A stretch of DNA of 63,759 nt, counting the filler, from Aduncisulcus paluster (lineage: Eukaryota): NCBI GenBank assembly GCA_024181965.1. It is 14 parts of 14 records of this genome, joined end to end, with 100 filler letters (N's around TTAATTAATTAA, not from the genome) between each part and the next. Parts side by side here need not be neighbours in the genome. Positions count along the whole stretch, not along the records: positions 1 to 25,839 come from BQXS01000057.1; 13 more parts are not named here. The stretch is one strand, 5' to 3'. A program made the position numbers and the translations under genes. Below the pieces are notes generated by a model that was not told where the DNA came from, did no database searches, and was given only the letters and a program-made list of their open reading frames with translations. Position 1 is the stretch's first letter. The number at the start of each line of letters is the position of its first letter. This document shows, one piece after another, positions 11,825 to 22,913 of this stretch.

Positions 11825-13324
11825 ATGTCCTTCAAATATTTTGTGACTGCTCATATGCTCTTTCCTCATCTTTTTTCGATTTTCTTGCGACAAATGACAT
11901 TTTCAAAACCTTTTTTTGTTGAAAATACTGGCCATCAACAATTTGCAAACCTATGGTTAAGTGATACCATATTTCTTTCTGGTGGTGGTGGAAGGAAGGT
12001 AGAAGAATCAACTCCTAATTCTTTGGGTCTATATAAGATTGACGAGACGGAGTCATCAAATCTTACTTGTAAATGTATTGCTCGAGGCGACTTAGGTACT
12101 GATGTATGTCTTGAACTTCACACATTATTGCCCGCCTTTGAAGCTGATGGTGAGATACACTCTCTGGCCTTCGTTGTCACCCCCTTCAATCTTCAAGTGG
12201 CCAATATTACCATTCCTATTGCAAAGAAAAACAAGAAGAAAGCTGTTGAAGAACCTTCCGTTTTTATCCAAACTGTATATTCTGTTCCTGAAAGTAAGAG
12301 ATTCAAATCGTGTGTTCCGTTATCTATCGATTCTCGTGGTATATGTGCTATTGCTGCCTCAGTTGATGGACTTTTTGGGATTTCTATTGGTCTTTCTGAT
12401 GAGCCTCCAATTGTCGTAAAAGGATCGATAAATCTCAAGCCTGGAGAATTTATCCGGGAATTAAAGGTGGTTCCACTTGCTGCCAGTGGTATTTCATTTG
12501 TTTCTGCTGTAATTGTCAAAGGAAAAGGTGGTAGATTGCGCCGAATGGAATTGGGATGGTGTTTGACGGCCCCTATGAAAGAATTAAAGGAACTTCACAG
12601 CAAAAAACATGATGCTAAGAAGGAGAAAGATGAGAAAAAGGGTGAGAGTGAAGGAGATGATGACGATATTCTTGATGATGAAGAAGATGACGTATTGGGA
12701 TTCCTTGACGAGGAAAACGACGATGGAAAGTGCATTACAAATATCCAAATGAGGCCTTTCCCTCTGAAGTTCTCCCCAAGGACCATTGATTGGCGGCCCT
12801 TTAAGAACAACCACAGTGCAATGGTTTGTGTTACAGGAAGCGATGGGCGGATGCTCAATCTTGTCATAGAGCTTGAGTTCCACGGAGAGAACTTTGGTTT
12901 CAACATATCGTTGCATTCAGCCAGGAAGACGTTGTGTCCTCGCCCTGTATCTGCCTGTGTTACCCAGAGAGGAGTGCCCTATCTATGTTCATGTGGGAGT
13001 GGTGGTGATGTGTATGCATGCGATCTCAGTGCTGTTCCTGCTGGCTTGAAGGGTGGTGAAAGGTTCAAACTCAGCAATGTGGGTCGTGAGGCTCTTGCAT
13101 CTGGAATGTCTATTAACCCAAGTTGTAAGTATGTTGCATACTCTGCCATTAATGGAGATTGTGGTGTATTTACTATTAGTAAGAGGGGTAATACGGCCAT
13201 TGATATCGCTAAGACTCTCCTGTTTATACTTGTCGTGGTTTTGGCCCATGTTTTTGCCCATATTGTGGGTTCTGTCAATGATTCTCCCATTATTCCTGCT
13301 TCCGAGTGGTTTGATTTAGAGTGA
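11825..13324 (+). CDS. SEC12: Sec12/PREB-like beta-propeller Sar1 GEF with C-terminal TM (true start may be 11894)
   Basis: N-terminal LSGGGG.....PNSL resembles the Sec12 K-loop; WD40-like C-terminal blades (INPSCKYVAYSAINGDCGVF); single TM and short lumenal tail. Confidence 0.65.
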   Translation: MSFKYFVTAHMLFPHLFSIFLRQMTFSKPFFVENTGHQQFANLWLSDTIFLSGGGGRKVEESTPNSLGLYKIDETESSNLTCKCIARGDLGTDVCLELHTLLPAFEADGEIHSLAFVVTPFNLQVANITIPIAKKNKKKAVEEPSVFIQTVYSVPESKRFKSCVPLSIDSRGICAIAASVDGLFGISIGLSDEPPIVVKGSINLKPGEFIRELKVVPLAASGISFVSAVIVKGKGGRLRRMELGWCLTAPMKELKELHSKKHDAKKEKDEKKGESEGDDDDILDDEEDDVLGFLDEENDDGKCITNIQMRPFPLKFSPRTIDWRPFKNNHSAMVCVTGSDGRMLNLVIELEFHGENFGFNISLHSARKTLCPRPVSACVTQRGVPYLCSCGSGGDVYACDLSAVPAGLKGGERFKLSNVGREALASGMSINPSCKYVAYSAINGDCGVFTISKRGNTAIDIAKTLLFILVVVLAHVFAHIVGSVNDSPIIPASEWFDLE

Positions 13325-13603
13325 AATGACTAGGAATTCTATTTTTATACTTGAGAATATTATATATATTTCATAAAATTCATTATTTCATGATTGTTTT
13401 CTTCTTTTGCCTTCAAATATCTACTATCCTTCACACAGATTATATATAATACAGACCAAAGATGTTTCTCAAGATCTATTTTTATATTCTGAGCTTGATC
13501 TTTGAGTCTCATTGATTTTATGTGCTAAATTAGGTCATAATCCATATGTAATAGCCAAACCATATCAAATAGTGGAATAACCATTGTAATCTTTACATTT
13601 CCT

Positions 13604-13606
<3 letters not shown>

Positions 13607-13643
<37 letters not shown>
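13607..13643. repeat. (CT)n microsatellite
   Basis: Uninterrupted CT dinucleotide run. Confidence 0.95.
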
Positions 13644-13645
<2 letters not shown>

Positions 13646-14019
13646 GTTGGGAGTCTTTAGAAATCTTGTTTTGACCATAACAATAAAAATACATTTATTT
13701 TTTTTGACCGTATTGACGGCGGCTAGCAAATTTATTGGAGACAATGACCGGTACGGCCGGGGAATGCCGGTTGCCATCACATCTTGTGATCATCACATCA
13801 AACTAGAATTACGGACAAATGATTTGTCACAAATCACAAAATGGTGCCAAAATCAAAATTTTACTAACCTTGAAATACTTCTAAATCATATTAACAACAT
13901 ATCAAATCCATGAAAAATGAGTTAATTCCGTGCCCAATAATTCAATATCAAGAGAATCAGCATGAATCCAAGGGTTTGAGAAGTTATAGTGGAATTCGAG
14001 CACAATCGACAATACAATT

Positions 14020-17000
14020 TCACATATTTAATATTTTACGAGCAGTTTCAAGACTAATTTGTGACTTTTTCCTCGATGTGGTGAAGAAAGGCTTGACATC
14101 GATCGTAGCAACGTCCCCAAAGACCTCTTGAATTCTTCCCACGTGATGGAAATCAGAACAAATGATGAGGAAATGCACTCGACCAGTGTTAAGTTCTTTG
14201 ATTAGTTTCAATTCATAATCAGATAATATTTCAGCATTGTTGATACACAGGACAAGACGAGGGAGATCCCCACATTCCTCGACAGAGGAGACCATGGAAT
14301 GAATCACATCGAGGGCAATAGGAAGAAGAGGAGGAGAAAGCAAGGTGGCTGGGAGTAATTGCTCACTTGAAGAAGGTTGCGCCAGAGACAAGTGTTTCTG
14401 CATATCTTCATGGACAGACATGAAGGCTTCCTTCTCACCAGCAGCAGCAATGGACGGAACGGTTACTGCCACTGAATGTGGAGGAGCAGTAGCATCCTCC
14501 TCTTCCTCATCCTTTGTGGCATTTCTAGTGGAAGCAAGATCACCTGTATCACTAAGGTCTTTCATATTTTTGACATCCTCTTTGGATTCCTCTTCATCCT
14601 TGGTAACATGAGTAGTTGTTCTTGGCTCAGCAATTCTTGGAGAAGAAGAAGAAGATTCATATTTCTCAAGGGAAGCATCGACAATCTCATCGTTGCCAAG
14701 AGCCTCTTCAATGGTAATATGAAAGGATTTATCCAGTGACTCTTCAGTGAGTTCTTTGTCTTTAACAGCCATCGTTGAGGCTATTATTGGCTCCACATTC
14801 TTGTCAGTATCCACCTTTTCTTGCATATCTTTGACCTCCATTGTACTTGTGGCAGTACTGGAACTTGAAGAAGCAGAAGAAGAAACAGACTCCACAGCCC
14901 TTAAGGGATGAGAAAGATCCAAAGACGGCTGTATGGAAGCATCGCCACCATGGTCAGGATGATGATTCGAGGGTTTACCAAGGGAGTCGGCCAGTATTTT
15001 CTCTTCGTCCTTGGTAAACTCGGCGTCAGAAGAAGAACTAGACTGTGAAGTTGCAAACATAACACTCTCCCTCAACCTCTTCTTATCTTCATCAATCTCG
15101 GGCTTATAAAGACTCAATCGCTCAACTCCACCATATTTCCACCCTGCCACAAGGATGCATTCTTGAAGAGAAAGGGAAGATACAACACTCTGCTTCAATC
15201 CTTGTTCAAGGAGGAATGTCTGGAGAGCACGATGGAGAGTAAACGAATGAGAAAGTGAGAATAATCTAAAAATAGATAGATTGGGTCCGAATAATGACTT
15301 GGTACCACCTTGGATTGCAAGACTATGCTTAATATCATGGATAGGGTGTTTATAAAACGATGTCCGTCTCTTCTTTTCTTGACTCGATTGATGAAATATA
15401 TAGTTAACAACACTCTCAGCACATTTATACAGCGTTGGATTGAACAAAGGAGAGGAGAGAGAGGATACCATGGTGGGAATAGAACCATCTGCACACACAT
15501 GATCAATTCCATCACACAATATGACTGGCTTATTCCTCAGTGACAGAGAAATGAATGAAACCAACTGAGTTAGAGAATTATTCTGAGAAAAGGTCAAGGA
15601 TGGACATGGTGGAAAAGCGTGAGACAGATATTGAGTTCGTTTCATTATATTTCCTTTTCCACCAATCTCGTCAATGGCACGTGATTCTTTCAGGGCCTCT
15701 TTTCCCAAGACATCCAGGGAGAGGGAGAGGTCCAATCCAGAGTCAGACAGCACAGTTCTACGTTTGCCGATCTGATCACGAACTTCGACTAGACGCTTAC
15801 CGTATTCCTGGTCAAGAACTTTGAAACACTTGTCAAGATCATCGTCAGAGAGGGCAAGAAGAGCAGTGGCAGCAGAATTAGCAACTGTGCTAAAAATAGA
15901 TTTGATCTTGGATACATTGATACTTGATAGAGCACGAGGAACAGAGGGGAGTTGAAGAGAGCTTACTGGACGATAATCAGACATCGAAGACTCCTCATTG
16001 AATGAAGAAGACTCTTCTTCCTCCTCCTCTTCTTCCTCGGCTTCGTATATCACCGTCGGTTCCCTCTTCTCTCGTTGTTCTCCTCCTTTCGCCATCCGAC
16101 CAGATTCTTTCTTTCTTGATGGTATAGTTCCCTTCGAAGATGATTTTGACGACGATTCTTTCGTTTTCTTTGACCCTCTCTTCTTTGAATGTTGTTGTTC
16201 GGTCACTTCCTCTTTCTCATTCACAGAATCAGAAATAGATTTCGATGAGACACCTCCCTTAGAGCCTCCTCCTCTTCTCTTCCCTTTTCCTCCTTTCCCC
16301 TTTTCACTCCGTGGAGAGTCTCCTTGTTTGTTGGCATCTTCTTCTTGATCCTCAGAGGAATTCGACTCATCCGATTCAGAGTAGGAATATTCATACTCTT
16401 CTTCTTTCTTTTTGGGTTCTCTGCTACGTAAACACCTACTCTTACTCAAAAGTCCCCGTTCATCCTTGGAGACCATGGTCAATGACGGTACAAGAGAAAT
16501 ATCAACCAGATCAGAAGTATCAAGCTGTTGTTTGACCTTAATTTCTTTAGATTCAGATTGAGCTTTGGTTACTTTTTCTTTATCTTTGGTTACTTTTTCT
16601 TTGTCTTTGGTTACTTTTTCTTTGTCTTTGGTTAATTTAGATTTACGGGAATGCTTAGGTTCCTTGGATTTTGAAGATTTGGAACTTGGAGCGTTATCTT
16701 CCAATTCTTCCTGATTTTTGGATTGCCTCCTTTTTCCTCTTCTGGGTCGGTTTGAATGAACATCTTTCCAGATACGTGATCTTTCCTTTGTTTTTATCGA
16801 TTCTTGAAGCTTGAGATTGCGAACTATTTTCGAATTCCTGAGAATAATCTCACCTTCAGATACTTGTTTGGGAATGGAGGCAAGAGCTCGAGATCTCAAT
16901 TCACTTGGAGATATTTTACCAAAGGTTGAATGAGACGAATGAGAAGGAGATACTGGCGATAATATTTTTGGAGGGGTCTTAACTTGATCTTCATGAGAAA

Positions 17001-17349
17001 AAAGATGGCAAGTATATGGGAGCCCTCTTGGGGGTATATATTTAGGTTTTATACCAGCCAAAGACTGTTCATATGGACAGGAAAGGGTTGTGGAAGAAAA
17101 AGAAGAATATTCAAGAGAAACCATATCAATATCGTCAGGACCATATGCAGAAATAAACAAACGAAGATTTGGATGAACCCACTTTTGATCTTTTGGCCAT
17201 GGCTTATATCTTCCACCACAAGGAACAAGAGAAACAGGAATATTTGAAGAAACATCTCTCTTGAAAGAAGGGCAGTGATCATAATCTGACTGCTGAATAA
17301 CTGGAAGCGTTGGAGCTTTATGTACCTTTATGGTTCTTTTAGGTGGCAT
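14020..17349 (-). CDS. Large protein with charged low-complexity N-half; C-terminal alpha/beta region weakly Orc2-like
   Basis: 1109-aa ORF; K/S/E-rich disorder; motifs KPVILCDG, RLVLCINNAE, RVHFLIICSDFHH. The ORF is secure but the family call is tentative. Confidence 0.7.
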   Translation of the reverse strand: MPPKRTIKVHKAPTLPVIQQSDYDHCPSFKRDVSSNIPVSLVPCGGRYKPWPKDQKWVHPNLRLFISAYGPDDIDMVSLEYSSFSSTTLSCPYEQSLAGIKPKYIPPRGLPYTCHLFSHEDQVKTPPKILSPVSPSHSSHSTFGKISPSELRSRALASIPKQVSEGEIILRNSKIVRNLKLQESIKTKERSRIWKDVHSNRPRRGKRRQSKNQEELEDNAPSSKSSKSKEPKHSRKSKLTKDKEKVTKDKEKVTKDKEKVTKAQSESKEIKVKQQLDTSDLVDISLVPSLTMVSKDERGLLSKSRCLRSREPKKKEEEYEYSYSESDESNSSEDQEEDANKQGDSPRSEKGKGGKGKRRGGGSKGGVSSKSISDSVNEKEEVTEQQHSKKRGSKKTKESSSKSSSKGTIPSRKKESGRMAKGGEQREKREPTVIYEAEEEEEEEEESSSFNEESSMSDYRPVSSLQLPSVPRALSSINVSKIKSIFSTVANSAATALLALSDDDLDKCFKVLDQEYGKRLVEVRDQIGKRRTVLSDSGLDLSLSLDVLGKEALKESRAIDEIGGKGNIMKRTQYLSHAFPPCPSLTFSQNNSLTQLVSFISLSLRNKPVILCDGIDHVCADGSIPTMVSSLSSPLFNPTLYKCAESVVNYIFHQSSQEKKRRTSFYKHPIHDIKHSLAIQGGTKSLFGPNLSIFRLFSLSHSFTLHRALQTFLLEQGLKQSVVSSLSLQECILVAGWKYGGVERLSLYKPEIDEDKKRLRESVMFATSQSSSSSDAEFTKDEEKILADSLGKPSNHHPDHGGDASIQPSLDLSHPLRAVESVSSSASSSSSTATSTMEVKDMQEKVDTDKNVEPIIASTMAVKDKELTEESLDKSFHITIEEALGNDEIVDASLEKYESSSSSPRIAEPRTTTHVTKDEEESKEDVKNMKDLSDTGDLASTRNATKDEEEEDATAPPHSVAVTVPSIAAAGEKEAFMSVHEDMQKHLSLAQPSSSEQLLPATLLSPPLLPIALDVIHSMVSSVEECGDLPRLVLCINNAEILSDYELKLIKELNTGRVHFLIICSDFHHVGRIQEVFGDVATIDVKPFFTTSRKKSQISLETARKILNM
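16563..16635 (-). repeat. 21-bp coding tandem repeat (TKDKEKV x3)
   Basis: CTTTGGTTACTTTTTCTTT(A/G)T units repeated on the + strand. Confidence 0.9.
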
Positions 17350-17582
17350 AGTTTGTCTAATCGCTCACAACAAGACCCTTTTGAATTTGATTTTTCCAAA
17401 TCTGATGATATTACAATATATTTTTAATAAAATAAAACAATATATTTACTATATGATTTTTTCAATAATAAATTTAAGATAAAAAGCTTATATAATTCAG
17501 AAAACAAAAATCGTCGATTAGGCCCAAAATACAAATAAATACCGAATAATAATAAGTTAATTTATTGTGTCCAAAATGAGTG

Positions 17583-19712
17583 TTATCTATAATTGCCAAA
17601 AGGATCCTCTTCATCTTCCTCCTCTTCCTCCTCTTCTTCTTCTTCACCTTCAACGCCCCACGGATCTTCTTCTGACTTCATTTCAGGTTGTTCCGCACTA
17701 ACTCCCATCTCTTGTTCCTCATGACCCTCATCCTCTTCTTTCCTTATTTCTTCACCAGTCTCTAGGTCAATACCACCAACAGTTCCCAAATCTTTGGTTC
17801 GCTTCCTCTCTTCAGCTTTTTCTACTTCAACAGCGTGTTCAGCAGCAATCCGTTCCATTTCTTCCTGTAATTCCCGCCTTCTTCTCCACCACAGCTCAGC
17901 CCATTCTTGCTCCACCATTCCTCCAGCGAATCTATACCTCTCCTCATCAATCTCTTGTGCATCGCCATCAGTCTCCCTTTGCAAAGCTTCTTTTAAAGAT
18001 TCTAATCTCCCTTCCCAGTCAGTTCCGGCAAACTCTTCGGTTTCTTTCNNNNNNNNNNNNNNNNNNNNAGCGTGTTCAGCAGCAATCCGTTCCATTTCTT
18101 CCTGTAATTCCCGCCTTCTTCTCCACCACAGCTCAGCCCATTCTTGCTCCACCATTCCTCCAGCGAATCTATACCTCTCCTCATCAATCTCTTGTGCATC
18201 GCCATCAGTCTCCCTTTGCAAAGCTTCTTTTAAAGATTCTAATCTCCCTTCCCAGTCAGTTCCGGCAAACTCTTCGGTTTCTTTCCTCCGATCTTTCAAA
18301 ACATTTTCAGCAATGGAAGCGAGAGCAGATTTAAGTTCCAAATCCATTTCCCTCTCCCTTTCAACTTCAATGCACACCCAATCTCGAACGGCAGCCCTGG
18401 TGTCCTCGGTCACAAACTCAAGAGATGGGGAAAAACTTAAAATGGGAGCGCGGCCAAATGAATATCTTTTCAATCGAAGGATTTTTAACAGATCTGTTGG
18501 CGCCAAACATACATCCTCAAGTTGAACATCATGAGCAACATCAAGGGAAAGCTGGGGAGGATGTTTATAAGGCTGGGAGTATGAAGTGTGGCCACGAATG
18601 ACATGACCATCGTCATCGTCAGACCCCTCAGATTTAGATCCATGATGATGATGCTGAGAAGAAGTTATTTTTGGATTATTGATTGGTTTATGTGATGAAT
18701 GAGCATCAAGACCTTCGGATCCTTCCTCATCCTTCTTCTTGAGTCCCTTTTCAGTCCCGTCTCCTATCTCTCCATCTTTTTCTTCTTCTTCCTCACGCTC
18801 CTTCTTTTCCTTTTCGCGACGACGTTCCATGACAAGCTCACGTTCCAGCCACACATTCTCACACACGCACCCAAGAGTGGCCACATCATCAATAGTGAGA
18901 GATGGATATGGGAAAAGAAGAGAAGGTGGGAGAGGGGACATGTCAGCAAGGTCATACGGGAGTGGGAATAGCTCTTTGGGAGAGAATTCACCGAGTTCAG
19001 GTGGAATTACAACTGTTGAAATATCAGGGTTAGTTCCATCAGTAGTGCCAAGAGTTGGAGCTTCATCGCTTGCTTTGTGGTCTCCGGTATCTGCAGATAT
19101 TGATAATTCAGAACCAGTTAATTCAATATTCGATCCAGTATCTGTCCCTTGCTTTTCCTCATCAGCATCTTTTCCAGGATTTTCACTCCTTTCTTCCTCA
19201 TCCTTCTGTCTCTCATCACTTTCGTACAGAAGTTGGAATCGTTTTGCTTCACGTATTTTTTTCTCATGCTCAGTTTTGGCAGATTCAATAATATCAAATA
19301 TTTCAAGCCTTGATCGCTGGGGATTTAGAGTAAAATCTTCATGATCTCGTATCTGATTGCTAACATAATTAAGAAGAGTTAATTGATCATTTGATGATAA
19401 TCTAGGAAATAAAACTATTCCATCCCAGAGTTCAAGATTTGTTAAAAGCCGTAAACAACGCAAAACAGCATGTTTCGCTTTAAACACTATAATAGCATAA
19501 TCTTTAAAATATTTTGAAGCATTTACAACACGAGCATATGGAGTATCCATAAGAGACGATTGAGGTCTTAGAACTCCATCTGTATTCCCACATAGAGTAA
19601 AAAGTCTTTTAATGAAAGAAGTAGAGACAGATGAATCAATTCCTCCAACAAATACCCGATAAGATTCTGTTGACACATATTTATCGGTAAATATTGGTCT
19701 TTGAAATTGCAT
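17583..19712 (-). CDS. RBM25/Snu71-like U1 snRNP-associated RRM protein (contains an artefactual duplication around the 18049-18068 gap)
   Basis: RVFVGGIDSSVSTSFIKRLFTLCG and AVLRCLRLLTNLEL match the RBM25 RRM pattern (TVFVGNI..LIRQLLAKCG; TLRALRLLHDL); followed by E/R-rich coiled regions; no clear PWI domain. Confidence 0.65.
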   Translation of the reverse strand: MQFQRPIFTDKYVSTESYRVFVGGIDSSVSTSFIKRLFTLCGNTDGVLRPQSSLMDTPYARVVNASKYFKDYAIIVFKAKHAVLRCLRLLTNLELWDGIVLFPRLSSNDQLTLLNYVSNQIRDHEDFTLNPQRSRLEIFDIIESAKTEHEKKIREAKRFQLLYESDERQKDEEERSENPGKDADEEKQGTDTGSNIELTGSELSISADTGDHKASDEAPTLGTTDGTNPDISTVVIPPELGEFSPKELFPLPYDLADMSPLPPSLLFPYPSLTIDDVATLGCVCENVWLERELVMERRREKEKKEREEEEEKDGEIGDGTEKGLKKKDEEGSEGLDAHSSHKPINNPKITSSQHHHHGSKSEGSDDDDGHVIRGHTSYSQPYKHPPQLSLDVAHDVQLEDVCLAPTDLLKILRLKRYSFGRAPILSFSPSLEFVTEDTRAAVRDWVCIEVEREREMDLELKSALASIAENVLKDRRKETEEFAGTDWEGRLESLKEALQRETDGDAQEIDEERYRFAGGMVEQEWAELWWRRRRELQEEMERIAAEHAXXXXXXXKETEEFAGTDWEGRLESLKEALQRETDGDAQEIDEERYRFAGGMVEQEWAELWWRRRRELQEEMERIAAEHAVEVEKAEERKRTKDLGTVGGIDLETGEEIRKEEDEGHEEQEMGVSAEQPEMKSEEDPWGVEGEEEEEEEEEEDEEDPFGNYR

Positions 19713-19877
19713 CAATAAGCCCAAATCGCAATTAATTATTTTGATTTTTCGAATCGTGTTTTCGTGGAGAATAACCAATCAATTTATAATTACGATTTAA
19801 TTTATACTTTTAATTGGTTTCTTTTAAGATTTGAACTTTTTATAATTGTATATCTAGAATAATTTCATACAAAAAAT

Positions 19878-21857
19878 ATGTTTTGGGTTATTATCCTTGC
19901 TTCGTTGTTTGTTTCATCGAGCATTTCCATATTTGACATCTCAAATAATTTTTTTCATAATTACCACTTTCAAGAGGCCTATTTTACTGAGTATGCCTTC
20001 GAATATCGAGTGACCAATCAAATTGGCGCGATAATAGGGGGATTTCTGTTTTCTTTCACATGTAAACCAAAATACTTTCACTTATATATTGTTCTTTGTT
20101 TTATATTTTCAACTGTATTTATGGGTTTACCCATGTTTTTAAAGAACATCTCAGCTGTGTGGTACGGCGTACTTCTGTTTTGCCACGGCATGTTTTCAGA
20201 CATGCTATACAATTGTCGCTTCTTGTACCAATGGTTTTATGTTCCTCATAGATATCATGCAATCGTATACTCCATGAATTCCGTCTTTACATACTTAATA
20301 TCAGGAATTATCAATATATTTGATCAGTATCTCAATTTTTCGATTGTAATAGCTCTCTTCCACCTTATATCCCTCGCTGCCCTTGGTATTTTATTCTGGA
20401 TATGTCGTTTCATTGATCTCAACACTGAACACATTGATGTGAAACACCGTCAGAATCAAATATTACCAACACTTCACTGGTGTTACAGACTGTTTTTTTC
20501 AAAGCCCTCGTCGATGACTAAGTTGATATTCGTCGGAGATAAACTCAAAACAGATAGAGCTGCTGAGCAAAGGAAAAAATTTCTTAAGCGGAAGAAAGAG
20601 ATTGAGAAAGTTCAAACTGAGCTGACAAAACATGTTCAAGCCGTTAAGAAAGATGAAGAAAAAGATGCCTCTGATGCTTCTGGGAAAGAATATGAATATA
20701 TGTATGAGTACGACGATGAAGAAGAAGAAGAAGAGGTCATTCCAGGTGGGCCAAGGGGAGTTGCTGATGTTCCAAAGGATAATACTGATGGTGTTGGTGG
20801 CCGCTTTGAGAAAAAAGATGGTGATCGATCGGGAGATGTCGTTGGACTTGGACTTGGACCAGTTCCTCGTGATTCTGAACAACCACTTCTCGCCAAGACC
20901 TTATCGACCAAAGCCACTTTCCATGATGCCGACACTTCTCATCAGATCGAAAAGACGCTTTCTGTTCCTGACATTAACCATGCGCCTTCCTTGCCTTCCT
21001 TGCGTCCAAGCTCTCCTGGCCACTACTCTTCTTCGTCTGTTGTTTATCCCCCATCTCATCCCTCAACTGATGCAACGCACACCCCACAACAGTCACAATC
21101 AAGGAAATATAAATGGGGTTTCTCTGTGAGCATGGATAATAGTATGAACCAGATGGATTACATTGAGATTGGCGAAGGTAATGTGTTTGGGGTTGCAAGA
21201 GGAAACATCCTTTCATTCATGTTTAAGGAATACCCATTCAGAAAGATCATATTCTTACTCGTATTCTTGCTTATTCAATTCCCAGTTGTCACTTACATGA
21301 GCAGGAGTTTCAACGATACCGTAGAAGCGTGGTTCCCGCTATTCTCTGAGACTCTCATAGGTCAATATCCCATGGGTCCATTCCTTCTGATGTTTTCTTC
21401 CATTGTGGGACTCATTTGGGGAGTTGTAGCTACCTTTATAGGTCAGAGAGTGACATTTATGTTTATTATCCTTGGATGTAACCTTCTTATCTTCTGTACT
21501 CGTCCTTTCTATTCCATTGGAATGCTCTCTGTGATAGCTGCTTTCTCTCAGGGAATATTGCAAGTATCTCAGACATCTATTGTTCCTCTGATCTTCTCCA
21601 AATCACACGGATGCCAGAGTTGCGGCATTCTTTTCTCAGTAAGGCGAGTGTCTTATATTTTGGGCGCATATTTTAATGCCTATTTCATACCAAATCAACT
21701 CTCTGAGAAATCCAATGATCTGGTCATGATTATTGTTCTTTCTGTTGGGATAATCTTACTCTCTTTTCTTATTATTGAGGATCTTTTCTTACATAGTGGA
21801 TATCTGAATGCCCCCGCTAGAAAACTAAAGGATCGAAGGAAAGAAGAAGATGTATAG
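19878..21857 (+). CDS. MFS-like multi-pass transporter with large central cytoplasmic loop
   Basis: Two blocks of about six hydrophobic helices separated by a ~250-aa charged/Ser-rich loop; IGAIIGGFL and IVGLIWGVVATFIGQR resemble MFS motif A. Confidence 0.7.
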   Translation: MFWVIILASLFVSSSISIFDISNNFFHNYHFQEAYFTEYAFEYRVTNQIGAIIGGFLFSFTCKPKYFHLYIVLCFIFSTVFMGLPMFLKNISAVWYGVLLFCHGMFSDMLYNCRFLYQWFYVPHRYHAIVYSMNSVFTYLISGIINIFDQYLNFSIVIALFHLISLAALGILFWICRFIDLNTEHIDVKHRQNQILPTLHWCYRLFFSKPSSMTKLIFVGDKLKTDRAAEQRKKFLKRKKEIEKVQTELTKHVQAVKKDEEKDASDASGKEYEYMYEYDDEEEEEEVIPGGPRGVADVPKDNTDGVGGRFEKKDGDRSGDVVGLGLGPVPRDSEQPLLAKTLSTKATFHDADTSHQIEKTLSVPDINHAPSLPSLRPSSPGHYSSSSVVYPPSHPSTDATHTPQQSQSRKYKWGFSVSMDNSMNQMDYIEIGEGNVFGVARGNILSFMFKEYPFRKIIFLLVFLLIQFPVVTYMSRSFNDTVEAWFPLFSETLIGQYPMGPFLLMFSSIVGLIWGVVATFIGQRVTFMFIILGCNLLIFCTRPFYSIGMLSVIAAFSQGILQVSQTSIVPLIFSKSHGCQSCGILFSVRRVSYILGAYFNAYFIPNQLSEKSNDLVMIIVLSVGIILLSFLIIEDLFLHSGYLNAPARKLKDRRKEEDV

Positions 21858-22388
21858 AAAAGTTAGAGAGCTTAAACGCAACACAAACAGAAATATATAA
21901 TCAATCAATTATATAATAAGATGTAATATTTTTAAATTTGGAATTTAAAATAATAATATAAATTGTATCGGATCTAAAAATAGGAGCTTTGAGAAACTCA
22001 TCTGGAGAGTCGAAGGGAGATACTTTGGACAGACACATATTCGAGAATTGGTAACGTCCCCAATTTCCACCGATATTGATCTATTAATATCGCCATATTA
22101 AAATGTATAGATGTGATCTAATTATAGCCACACTGATCTGAACATTTTATTATACAATTCTGGACTTCTCCCGTCTAAGTTTGTGAAAATCAATATCTTG
22201 TACTCCCTTATTTCTTTCTTATTATTATTATTTCTTTCTGTAGATAAATCATTTGAACTTACTCAGAAATATATAAATAGTTCAATTGTAAAGTATAGTA
22301 TAGACGTTTAAACATACATATATTTAAACATTCTTTTTCAATGTTTGAGACAAATAATTTGTCAAAAATATCGAATAAAGCTACAATT

Positions 22389-22913
22389 TTATTCAGTTTT
22401 GTCTTCTTCGCCTGTCTCTGCAATCACATCCTCCTTATCCTCGGATACTTTCGCTTCAACGGGTGCTTCTTCCTTAGATTCTTTTTCACTTGGGCGAATA
22501 GCATCTAAAGCCGGCGCCCGTAAGCTTGGAGTGGAATGAACTGGTTCATCACGACTGCCACGACGAACCTTCACCTTCTTTCTCTTCTTCCCTTTAACAT
22601 CATCAGATAATTGAGTTAATCCGCTTTCTTTTTCCAATGTAGCTATTTTAACCCGTAAATGATGATTATCTTCCTTTAAAGTTTTAACTTGCCCTTTAAG
22701 AGTCGAATTTTCTTCACTTAACTCCAAAATCTTTTTTGATAATGTATCTGTCGTTTCAACTTTCTTTTCACTTAGTATTTCTCTGATAAAATCCATGGCA
22801 TCAGCTGGTTTCTCAGCAGAAGAATAGATTTGGACAACAGCTTTGGCTAATTGGTCTAACACGCCGTTTGATTTGATATAGTCAATAAATGCTTGCTTTT
22901 TTGCTTCAGACAT
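22389..22913 (-). CDS. MYCBP: c-Myc-binding protein / FAP174 homologue
   Basis: KKQAFIDYIKSNGVLDQLAKAVVQIY..AEKPADAMDFI matches MYCBP (KREQFRRYLEKSGVLDTLTKVLVALYEEPEKPNSALDFL), followed by a coiled coil. Confidence 0.85.
   Translation of the reverse strand: MSEAKKQAFIDYIKSNGVLDQLAKAVVQIYSSAEKPADAMDFIREILSEKKVETTDTLSKKILELSEENSTLKGQVKTLKEDNHHLRVKIATLEKESGLTQLSDDVKGKKRKKVKVRRGSRDEPVHSTPSLRAPALDAIRPSEKESKEEAPVEAKVSEDKEDVIAETGEEDKTE

Noticed and set aside
17832-18285. 72-aa internal repeat in the RBM25-like protein
   Set aside because: Identical sequence lies either side of the 20-N gap at 18049-18068; assembly artefact
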